Source: Clostridiales bacterium (GTDB lineage Bacteria > Bacillota > Clostridia > Christensenellales > UBA1242). Taken from it: a DNA stretch of 64,000 bases. Within the stretch, counting starts at the first letter, position 1, and the number at the start of each line of letters is the position of its first letter. Made by a program: the position numbers and the translations under genes. The notes below the pieces were generated by a model that searched no databases, was not told the DNA's origin, and saw nothing but the letters and a program-made list of their open reading frames with translations. The stretch is from NCBI GenBank assembly GCA_015069395.1, contig SVIR01000001.1, positions 27,268 to 91,267 on the forward strand, written 5' to 3'. Below are positions 18,959-27,018 of the stretch, one piece after another.

Positions 18959-18976
18959 AACTAATCTTCCTTTTTT
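18943..18976. terminator. Bidirectional hairpin spanning both convergent stop codons
   Basis: AAAAAAGGAAGATTA-aaac-TAATCTTCCTTTTTT forms a perfect 15-bp stem flanked by A and T runs. Confidence 0.7.
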
Positions 18977-19956
18977 AATATTCTAACAATTTCATTAGCA
19001 AGTAATGTTATTATTGGAACAACAACACTATTACCAATTTGCTTATAAGTTTGAGCACCTTTATTTATTTTATATGTTTCTGGATAACCCATAATTCTTA
19101 AGCATTCTCTTTCTGTTAATCTTCTTTGTTGCTCAATAACAATAGGAACATTATTTCCACCCGTTCCCATTTTTGCAGTTAAACAAGGAGAAATTCCATC
19201 ATTTTTAAATTGACATCTTGAAGCTCTAACTTCATAAGCCAAAGTATCATTTTTCACATTGATGGATTTTTCTTTTACATATTTTTTAATATTATTATCA
19301 CAAGTGTCAGAAATATAATAATTATCTTCGGCAAAACTATCTATTAAATTTTCAAGTTTATTTGTAAACTCTTGTGGTTCTGGAAAACAAAAATTATCAA
19401 TACTTATATTTAAATCCTTTCTAAAACCAATACAATACCACCTTTCTCTATGTTGTGGAACATTGTAATCTTTTGCATTTAATACTTTGTATTTAAAATC
19501 ATAACCCAAGTCAGACAATGTGTTTAATATTGTTTGTAAGGTATTTCCATTGTCGTGATTTGTTATTCCCTTAACATTTTCAAGTATAAATGCTTTTGGT
19601 TGTTTTTCTTTTATTATTCTTGCAACATCAAAGAATAACGTGCCACGGGTATCATTAAATCCAAGTCGCTTTCCTGCTATTGAGAAAGATTGGCAAGGAA
19701 AACCAGCACAAATTATATCGTGATTTGGAATATCTTTTTCATCTATTTTTGTTATATCGCCAAAAGGCACTTCATTAAAATTTGCAGCATAAGTTTTTTG
19801 TGCAAAAAGGTCTATATCTGAACTAAACACACAATCGCAATTGTTTCGTTCAAAAGCTATACGAAAGCCACCCATTCCACAGAATAGGTCTATAAACTTA
19901 AACTTATTGTCACTGCACAAACTCGCTGTATCCCATAAGGTTAATTGTTTATACAT
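18961..19956 (-). CDS. DNA (cytosine-5)-methyltransferase
   Basis: Motif I FCGMGG, motif IV FPCQSFS, motif VI ENVKG, motif VIII QHRER, motif X GNSV. Confidence 0.92.
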   Translation of the reverse strand: MYKQLTLWDTASLCSDNKFKFIDLFCGMGGFRIAFERNNCDCVFSSDIDLFAQKTYAANFNEVPFGDITKIDEKDIPNHDIICAGFPCQSFSIAGKRLGFNDTRGTLFFDVARIIKEKQPKAFILENVKGITNHDNGNTLQTILNTLSDLGYDFKYKVLNAKDYNVPQHRERWYCIGFRKDLNISIDNFCFPEPQEFTNKLENLIDSFAEDNYYISDTCDNNIKKYVKEKSINVKNDTLAYEVRASRCQFKNDGISPCLTAKMGTGGNNVPIVIEQQRRLTERECLRIMGYPETYKINKGAQTYKQIGNSVVVPIITLLANEIVRILKKED

Positions 19957-21001
19957 TTTTCTTATCTTTTAATCCTTTATAAATTTCTTCTGCAATTGCT
20001 TTTCCAAGTAATGGTGGAACTGCATTTGCCAATTGTTGGTGTTGGTCTGAACCATTTCCTGTTAAAACAAAATTATCGTCAAATGACTGTAATCTAGCAC
20101 ATTCTCTAACGGTTAATATTCTATTTTCAGTTGGGTGAATTATCATTGCTTTTGCAGCATGCTTAATTGTAACAGATGGTTTTTTAGGGTCAAGCCTTTT
20201 ATATGCGTTACTATAAGTTCCACCACCAGTTCCAAGCTCTTTTGGTATATCTTGCCAATTTCCACCTTGTGGAATAAATGACATTCTTTTTGTAACTAAT
20301 TCATTTGATTGCCTTCTCACATGGTTGCAAATATCTTTTCTTCCAGCCATTTGTTTTTGAAATTCACAATCTGGTTCTAAATATTCATCTCCGTTAGGGT
20401 CAACATTTCCAATTGCTTGACCAACAGTTATATAATTTTCTTCAGTATATTTTGGCTCTGGATATTCCACATTAAAATCCGGTTTAGTGATTATAAAAAT
20501 AACTCTTTTTCTTTGTTGAGGAACACCATAATCAGCAGCATTTAAAACCTTATATTTAACATTATAACCCAAATTATTAAATTCTTCTATAATTAGTTCT
20601 TTAACATCTTTTCCGTCTTGTGTTGTCATAGATAGTAGTCCAACAACATTTTCAATAACAACAATTTTAGGATTGGTAATTTTTGTAACACGAACAACTT
20701 CTTCAAATAACGAATTTCTTTTATCGTCTTTCTTCCGTTGTCCTATCATGCTAAATCCCTGACAAGGTGGACCAGCAATTATTACATCAACTTTATCTTT
20801 ATATTTATCCCAATAATCATCTGGCAATTTTGTCAAATCTTCATTAAGTAATTCTGTTCCCGAATGATTTTCTTTAAATGTGTTAAGGGCAATATCCCAA
20901 ATATCTGCTCCGAGTACAACTTCAAAATTTTCAGTCATACTAAACCCGTAAGAAAAACCACCGATACCACAAAATAAATCTATGACTTTAAATTTATCCA
21001 T
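19949..21001 (-). CDS. DNA (cytosine-5)-methyltransferase
   Basis: Motif I FCGIGG, motif IV PPCQGFS, motif VI ENVVGL, motif VIII QQRKR, C-terminal NAVPP. Overlaps the second MTase by 8 nt. Confidence 0.92.
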   Translation of the reverse strand: MDKFKVIDLFCGIGGFSYGFSMTENFEVVLGADIWDIALNTFKENHSGTELLNEDLTKLPDDYWDKYKDKVDVIIAGPPCQGFSMIGQRKKDDKRNSLFEEVVRVTKITNPKIVVIENVVGLLSMTTQDGKDVKELIIEEFNNLGYNVKYKVLNAADYGVPQQRKRVIFIITKPDFNVEYPEPKYTEENYITVGQAIGNVDPNGDEYLEPDCEFQKQMAGRKDICNHVRRQSNELVTKRMSFIPQGGNWQDIPKELGTGGGTYSNAYKRLDPKKPSVTIKHAAKAMIIHPTENRILTVRECARLQSFDDNFVLTGNGSDQHQQLANAVPPLLGKAIAEEIYKGLKDKKNV

Positions 21002-21187
21002 TTCTACTCCTTTTCTAAAACTAAGAATATTATAACATAAACAAATTGAAAAATCCGCTAATTTTTAATATTTTCTTAAATTATTTTAGTAAGCAGGATA
21101 AGAGTTGCATACATTTTGCCATATTTTTTGGTCTAAAAGCCCTAAAAATCAGCACTTTTGATGTATTCACTTTTCAAAAGTCGCTGA

Positions 21188-21201
21188 ATGCAAATTTGCA
21201 T
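21188..21201. promoter_or_regulatory. Perfect 14-bp palindrome in the MTase-upstream region (possible operator)
   Basis: ATGCAAATTTGCAT is self-complementary and lies about 190 nt upstream of the MTase operon start. Confidence 0.25.
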
Positions 21202-21215
21202 GCACTCCCTTTCTA

Positions 21216-21246
21216 GACCAAGTGGGAAACCCACTTGTCTTTTTTT
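21216..21246 (+). terminator. Rho-independent terminator with no annotated gene upstream
   Basis: GACCAAGTGGG-aaa-CCCACTTGTC followed by T7. Confidence 0.55.
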
Positions 21247-21360
21247 GTAGAAATTATGGTTTTTGAAGATGTTTTATGCTATACTATTGTTGCTCCAAAT
21301 AGAGCATTGGGTTAAAGTCAATAAGGCACAAGCATATTCTCATAATTGTAAAAATATGAG

Positions 21361-21600
21361 ATGCAAAAACTTATTGACACACAATGTTTTATTGATTGTG
21401 AAGATATACCAGAAAATACAGCCACATTCAACCTTAATACTAAAGTATTAAGGCAAGGCAAAACAAAATTAAGTCAAAAGCAAATAAAGCGAATTGCCTT
21501 TATTCTTGCCACCGACTTAAAGAACTTCGCCGAATCCAATGGCAACTTTTCCAATCTATCAGCAAATGAAGTTTACACCCATTTGCAATCCAATCAATAA
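21361..21600 (+). CDS. Hypothetical protein (79 aa)
   Basis: The ORF ends 8 nt before a strong terminator. The RBS is weak and I recognise no domain. Confidence 0.4.
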   Translation: MQKLIDTQCFIDCEDIPENTATFNLNTKVLRQGKTKLSQKQIKRIAFILATDLKNFAESNGNFSNLSANEVYTHLQSNQ

Positions 21601-21607
21601 AACCCAC

Positions 21608-21639
21608 GAGAAGAAGTAAAAAACTTCTTCTCTTTTTTT
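21608..21639 (+). terminator. Rho-independent terminator
   Basis: GAGAAGAAGT-aaaaa-ACTTCTTCTC followed by T7. Confidence 0.75.
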
Positions 21640-21696
21640 ATTTTAGGCCTTTAAATTTAAATCAAAATATGGTATTATTAAATTGTGAGGTATTTT

Positions 21697-23541
21697 ATGG
21701 ATAAAAGATATACAGATTCTGAATATTTATTTAAAAACTTTTTATTGTCAAAACTTAATCTTAAGGCAACTTATCTTGATATTCCTGATAATAACTGTTT
21801 CTATTTATGCATTAGCGAGGTCATTAAAAACTTGTCGCTTAATATAGAAAAAAATATAAATGATTACAGTAATGCTTTAATTAAAAATTTTTATAATTAT
21901 TTAATAAAAGACACATTATTTAAAGAAAAACAACCAGCCGTTTATGGTGCTCTTTTAGCTAAATTAAAAGATTATTTAGATTCTAGCAAAATAAGCAAAA
22001 AAGAACTGTTTGGATTTTTGCTTGATGTTCGCAAAAGAAATAGCTTAAGTTATTTTAAAATGGTTTTTTCGGAAGTTGAATTTATACTCAAGAAAGAAAC
22101 TGTTGATAATGTAGAATATTCTATTAATGTATTTAATACCCTATTGAATGAAGTAATAGCAAGGGGCACAGATATTAGATTCTTAAATTTTTCGTTATCA
22201 GAAATAGATACAAATCCAGTTTTTGAAGAATTTATAAACTATGTAAAATATATTGCTAAGGTTAAACCATATAATAAAGATGTTTTAGATATTTTAGTGC
22301 CAATTAAAATAGATAAAGAAAAAGATATTTTTGTAGAAATTTGTGACAAAAGAAATCAAAAATATGAAATTGTGGATGACACTCTATATTGTAAAATATA
22401 TGATTGTGATACAAATGACTTCTTTACTTTAATTGAAGACCAAATGGTAAGGATAAGTTCAATATTCGACTTGATAAAACTTTACACATATCATACTCCA
22501 GAATTTGATAGTGAATTACCTATTAAAATAAAAAGTAAAACATTAAATAAAGAATTTGAAATTCCTTTTAACTACATTATAAGATATACAGGGAACAAAC
22601 CGTATGCCAAACATCTAGACAATACTATAACATCATTAGATATTGCAAAAGAAACCGATACTAAGTTTTATCATCAAGTTTTAAATACTTTAAGTTATGC
22701 AGAAAAAGATTTAAGTAGAAAAAACAGTAATGCATTTGTCGATAATTGGATTGCTTTAGAAACAATTTGCTCAATTTCTGAAATTAAATCTGGATATGAA
22801 GCTGTTCAGTTTTATGTGCCTAAAATGTTAATCACAACAATAGTTAGGCAAAACATTACATCATATTTGATAAAAGCATATAAAAATTATTTTAAAGATG
22901 TAAAACTTGAAGAGTTTTTAAAAATCATAACTAATGAAAATTATGAAGAGTTCCTAAATAAGGTACCAAATGTTTATAATAGATTTATTCTTTCAAATTG
23001 GGCAAAAATTTTAAACAACCCTCTTAACTTATATCAATACATTAACAGATTGCAAGATAGAATTAATATTGATATTTTAAGAATTTATATTTTAAGAAAC
23101 GAATATGTGCATGCTTGTAATTTAAATGCATTTCAAACATTGGAATTCTATAAATTAAAAAACATATTTAATATCGTCATTGATGAATTTTTTAGATGCT
23201 TAACTAATAGAAAAAATAAAGACGAGAGCCACGAGGGAATAGGTTTTGATATTTTCAATCAATTTACATATAAGTGGGACATTATGCTAAAATCTCTTAA
23301 TTTAATGTTTAAAACTGAAGAACATACTTATAAATCGGATACAACAAAAACAGTACCAGATAAAACTAATATAACAATAAAATTAGAAGGAGATTTGACT
23401 TATTCAGATTATTTATTAAATTTATTAAAAAACAATAATGAGATTTTAAAAAAATACATTCCTAAAAAGGAGTATAAACAAAAAGATGAGGATTTGGAAA
23501 TTATAGAAAATGACTTTATAAATATTTTTACGGATTTTTAA
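21697..23541 (+). CDS. Uncharacterised 614-aa protein with C-terminal HEPN-like domain (candidate abortive-infection/defence RNase)
   Basis: Start at the ATG after GTGAGG. RNEYVH (23095-23112) fits the HEPN Rx4-6H motif. It lies 112 aa after an NWIALE helix (22741-22767), the usual N-terminal HEPN landmark. The N-terminal ~340 aa are unrecognised. Confidence 0.55.
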   Translation: MDKRYTDSEYLFKNFLLSKLNLKATYLDIPDNNCFYLCISEVIKNLSLNIEKNINDYSNALIKNFYNYLIKDTLFKEKQPAVYGALLAKLKDYLDSSKISKKELFGFLLDVRKRNSLSYFKMVFSEVEFILKKETVDNVEYSINVFNTLLNEVIARGTDIRFLNFSLSEIDTNPVFEEFINYVKYIAKVKPYNKDVLDILVPIKIDKEKDIFVEICDKRNQKYEIVDDTLYCKIYDCDTNDFFTLIEDQMVRISSIFDLIKLYTYHTPEFDSELPIKIKSKTLNKEFEIPFNYIIRYTGNKPYAKHLDNTITSLDIAKETDTKFYHQVLNTLSYAEKDLSRKNSNAFVDNWIALETICSISEIKSGYEAVQFYVPKMLITTIVRQNITSYLIKAYKNYFKDVKLEEFLKIITNENYEEFLNKVPNVYNRFILSNWAKILNNPLNLYQYINRLQDRINIDILRIYILRNEYVHACNLNAFQTLEFYKLKNIFNIVIDEFFRCLTNRKNKDESHEGIGFDIFNQFTYKWDIMLKSLNLMFKTEEHTYKSDTTKTVPDKTNITIKLEGDLTYSDYLLNLLKNNNEILKKYIPKKEYKQKDEDLEIIENDFINIFTDF

Positions 23542-23613
23542 TAATTTTAAAATATATCCTAACCCATCTAACACCAATATAGATTTTAGTGTTAGGATTG
23601 GATAACGGTCTTC

Positions 23614-23663
23614 CCGCCAAGTGATAACAATCCGAACGCTTATGTTCGGGTTGTTCTTTTTTT
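23614..23663 (+). repeat. attR-like 50-bp direct repeat
   Basis: CCGCCAAGTGATAACAATCCGAACGCTTATGTTCGGGTTGTTCTTTTTTT. There is a single A/G difference (23638 versus 15588) from the attL-like copy. Confidence 0.9.
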
Positions 23664-23677
23664 ATATCTAATATTTC

Positions 23678-23706
23678 TTGAAAAAAGATTCTACATATGT
23701 TACAAT
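23678..23706 (+). promoter_or_regulatory. Sigma-A type promoter
   Basis: TTGAAA, 17 nt, TACAAT, upstream of the 23797 gene. Confidence 0.45.
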
Positions 23707-23796
23707 TTCGAGAAAGGTAAAGGTTTTGTTTTTTTGACACACGAACAAAAAACTTATTTTTATAGTTAAAAAATTAAATCACTGGAGGAGTAAACT

Positions 23797-24129
23797 ATGA
23801 ATAGAAATTATATTGGTAAAAAAGTAACTGTAATTATGGATAGACCGTTGGGTTCAAAGCATCCAAAACACGGTTTTGTTTATCCCGTAAATTATGGATA
23901 TATTCCAAACACGATTTCTGGCGATGGAGAAGAGTTGGATGCTTATGTGTTGGGAGAACACAAACCTTTAGAAAAATTTGAGGGCGTTGTGATTGCTGTT
24001 CTACACAGAAAAAATGACAATGACGACAAACTGATTGTAATGAAAGAAGGCAGAAATTATACAGACGATCAAATCAGAGCTTTGACAGAATTTCAAGAAC
24101 AATGGTTTAAATCCGACATATATAGATAA
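23797..24129 (+). CDS. Small inorganic-pyrophosphatase-family protein
   Basis: DRPLGSKHP...YPVNYGYIPNT..GDGEELDAYVLG resembles the family I PPase core, but at 110 aa it is much shorter than canonical enzymes. Confidence 0.55.
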   Translation: MNRNYIGKKVTVIMDRPLGSKHPKHGFVYPVNYGYIPNTISGDGEELDAYVLGEHKPLEKFEGVVIAVLHRKNDNDDKLIVMKEGRNYTDDQIRALTEFQEQWFKSDIYR

Positions 24130-24212
24130 TCAAAATCAAATCTAGTTTAACCTACTAGATTTTTTTATTCAAAGATTAACATCGTTATAAACAAATGTGC
24201 TATACTCAATAT

Positions 24213-24905
24213 ATGAAGAATATAGAATACTCAAAAATGGCTCCTTTATATGATAAATTTTACGCGAATAAAAATTATTTAAAGGAAGTCGACTTTATAA
24301 CGCACTTTGCAAAAAAAAGTGATTATGTCCTTGACGCTGGGTGTGGAACTGGAAAACACGCAAAAATTCTCTCAGATTTAGGATTTCAAGTTTATGGATT
24401 TGATCAAAGCGAGTCAATGGTTGATATTGCCAATTCTAAAATACCTAAACACTTTTTTGTAGACGATTTGTTGACTTTCTGTTATAATGCACAATACGAT
24501 ATCATTATTTCTTTCTTTGCAGTTTTCAATCATTTAAAAAATTATAAACAGTTTAAAACTTCCTTGTCTAATTTAAAGAGGCATTTAAAACCCAATGGGC
24601 GAATTATAATCGATTTGCATAACCCCCAAAAAAGTGGAAAAAAGACTGAAAGCATAGAGAACGGAACTCGAATTATGAAATGGAAAAAGTGCGATTTGGT
24701 TAAGAAGGAATTTACAAAAATAATTTATGAGGTTGATGGAAAAACTTTCAAGACAAAACGTGTTTTCAAAATCTATAAGATTAAAAAATTGCGAGATATA
24801 GCACATGATATTGGTTTTTATTCTGTTGACTTTTACGAAAATTACAACACTTCAACAAAAGCCTCTAAAAAAAGCAAAAACGTTCAAATGGTATTAACTA
24901 TTTGA
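24213..24905 (+). CDS. Class I SAM-dependent methyltransferase
   Basis: Motif I VLDAGCGTGKH with an acidic residue after beta-2 (GFDQS). Start set at MKNIEY. Confidence 0.75.
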   Translation: MKNIEYSKMAPLYDKFYANKNYLKEVDFITHFAKKSDYVLDAGCGTGKHAKILSDLGFQVYGFDQSESMVDIANSKIPKHFFVDDLLTFCYNAQYDIIISFFAVFNHLKNYKQFKTSLSNLKRHLKPNGRIIIDLHNPQKSGKKTESIENGTRIMKWKKCDLVKKEFTKIIYEVDGKTFKTKRVFKIYKIKKLRDIAHDIGFYSVDFYENYNTSTKASKKSKNVQMVLTI

Positions 24906-25057
24906 GAGAACTCAAAACTCTTAGGCAACTTGCTAACCAAATTTGAATTTTTATTTTTTAGAGAATTTTTGTTAGCAAAGAATATCTTTTATGATATATA
25001 TAAAAAAGTTTAATTAGAATAGCCACTACACAAAATAAAAAGACAGTTTTCTGTCTT

Positions 25058-25831
25058 TTATTTTTTTATCAATTTTTCCAAACGCTTTAAAGCTTCAAAG
25101 TTTTCTTTTAAATGTATTTCCATCAAAGGTTTATCTGGTTGGCTATACTTTATCTCAGAAGATAAAACTATCTTCTCTGAAAAGCTTTTAAACCTATTTG
25201 CTAAAAATTCAACATCAATTGTTCCCGTTCCCAAAATATTATGTAAGTCAGACATCCCATCATTGTCGTGTAAATGCACAACAGAAATATATTTCCCAAA
25301 TTCTTCAATCATATCATATTTCGGTTTAGACCAGTTTAAGTGTCCAACATCATAACAAATTTTCAAAAGAGGGTGCGAAATATTATTAAAAATATATTCT
25401 AATTCAGATTTTAAATATAAATTTTCAACAGCGAAATTTATGTCATATTTTTCACATTCTTTTAAAATCCTTTTCAATCTTTCTATACCTATTTCAGATT
25501 GCTTTGTATCTTGGTTGGCATGTAAATGTGCTACAAAATTTTTTGTATATTTTCCACAAATATTTATTTGCTCTATAAATGAATTTGTAATTTGTTCTCC
25601 GATTTCGTTATCCTTCCAAAAGTTGTTTAGAATTGTTTCATCGTATCTACAATGAACCATTGTAAGCTTAAAACCATAGTCTTTAATTAGGCCAGCAAGT
25701 TTTTTAAAATCTTTTTCTCGATCTTCTTCAAGACCAACAAACACCTCGTCATAACCATATTTTTTTATCAGTTTTAATTTTGTTTCATAGTCAAAACAAG
25801 TGTTAAAATACAAATTTATACCTTTCTTCAT
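25058..25831 (-). CDS. Sugar phosphate isomerase/epimerase (xylose isomerase-like TIM barrel)
   Basis: HLHAN..., FAVENL, GHLNW and VHLHDNDG are spaced as in AP endonuclease 2 / xylose-isomerase-like TIM barrels. Start at MKKGINLYF is uncertain. Confidence 0.65.
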   Translation of the reverse strand: MKKGINLYFNTCFDYETKLKLIKKYGYDEVFVGLEEDREKDFKKLAGLIKDYGFKLTMVHCRYDETILNNFWKDNEIGEQITNSFIEQINICGKYTKNFVAHLHANQDTKQSEIGIERLKRILKECEKYDINFAVENLYLKSELEYIFNNISHPLLKICYDVGHLNWSKPKYDMIEEFGKYISVVHLHDNDGMSDLHNILGTGTIDVEFLANRFKSFSEKIVLSSEIKYSQPDKPLMEIHLKENFEALKRLEKLIKK

Positions 25832-25943
25832 ACCTTTGTATTCTAACACATTAATTTCTTTTTTCAAAATGAATTTTACGCGTCTAGTTTTGAATTCACA
25901 CAAAAGATTTTTTAATCATAAATCTAATTATAAAGGAGATATT

Positions 25944-26969
25944 ATGGCAAACGAAATTTATTACATAGGGGCAAATGACGAACACGGCATAAATCCACCA
26001 ACTGCCGGAAAACGTACTCCTACTATGCCAAATTTAGATCGTTCAATATATGAAAACGAATTTAATCGTGCTGCAAAAATTTATTTTATTGAAGCCCTGT
26101 TTAGAAATGGTTTTTCTGTTTATGATGTAAAACCCGAGCTTAGGGACATTTCAATCAACGAAAGGGTAAGAAGAGTAAATCGCCAAAATCTTACTGCCTT
26201 AGTGACTTTTGCTTATAATGCATACGGAGAAGTGTTTAATTCTGCAAGTGGAGTAGGAACATATTATTCTCCACTAAATCCTCAATCAACTCAAAGTCGT
26301 CAACTTGCAGAAAATATATATGGAGAACTTGTCCAAGGAACTCCTCAACGACCTAGGGGTGTAAACCAACTAGATATAGGAATTTTATCTAGCGTAAATT
26401 GTCCATCGGCGTTAGTTGAAGCAGGCTTTATGACAAACCTTCAGGAAGCTAGAAGAATGATAAATCCTCTTTTTCAAATAGAAGTAGGAGAAGAAAGTTG
26501 TCAAGGAGTATGCCAATATCTAGGAGTTGATTTTATCCCCCGAGACATACGCTATCCCGTTTTAAGAAATGGAAGCCGAAGCAATTATGTCTTTCTGTTG
26601 CAGTTTATCCTAAATCAAAACGGAGCAAATTTGACGGTAGATGGTGTGTTTGGAAATCGTACAGCAGAAGCAGTAAGAAACTTCCAAGAAAACAATTCTC
26701 TAGCAGTTGATGGCATTGTTGGAACAAACACTTGGCGTACTTTGTTGACAATGGCTCCCTATCCTATTTTAAGAAATGGAAGCCGAGGTGTTTATGTGAC
26801 ATTTTTGCAACAATTGTTAGAAAGCAATTTGATTCCTGTAGGAAATATTGATGGTATTTTTGGTAATCAAACAGAAACTGCCGTCAGACAATTTCAAGAA
26901 AACAACAATTTGTCTGTTGACGGCATTGTTGGACCAATCACTTGGAGAAGTTTGGCACAAATTGATTAA
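25944..26969 (+). CDS. N-acetylmuramoyl-L-alanine amidase (Amidase_3) with two C-terminal peptidoglycan-binding repeats
   Basis: Start is the ATG after AAAGGAG. The catalytic region ends ...SALVEAGFMTN. It is followed by two repeats of LRNGSRG.YV..LQ..L......DG.FG..T..AVR.FQ..N.L..DGIVG..TW..L. Confidence 0.85.
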   Translation: MANEIYYIGANDEHGINPPTAGKRTPTMPNLDRSIYENEFNRAAKIYFIEALFRNGFSVYDVKPELRDISINERVRRVNRQNLTALVTFAYNAYGEVFNSASGVGTYYSPLNPQSTQSRQLAENIYGELVQGTPQRPRGVNQLDIGILSSVNCPSALVEAGFMTNLQEARRMINPLFQIEVGEESCQGVCQYLGVDFIPRDIRYPVLRNGSRSNYVFLLQFILNQNGANLTVDGVFGNRTAEAVRNFQENNSLAVDGIVGTNTWRTLLTMAPYPILRNGSRGVYVTFLQQLLESNLIPVGNIDGIFGNQTETAVRQFQENNNLSVDGIVGPITWRSLAQID

Positions 26970-27018
26970 ATCTAAAAAATATTATATAAAAAAGAACTCA
27001 GAATTTGAGTTCTTTTTC

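Larger units (their letters stand above)
15564..23663. mobile_element. Integrative genomic island (serine recombinase + R-M + HEPN-like gene) in the tRNA-Ser(UGA) 3' end/terminator
   Basis: Bounded by 49/50-identical direct repeats. The recombinase gene abuts the tRNA. The cargo is entirely defence-type, and the interior looks more AT-rich than the flanks by eye. Confidence 0.7.

Noticed and set aside
25800-25943. 48-codon N-terminal extension of the amidase ORF overlapping the convergently started TIM-barrel gene
   Set aside because: The hydrophobic low-complexity extension lacks an RBS. The ATG at 25944 follows AAAGGAG.
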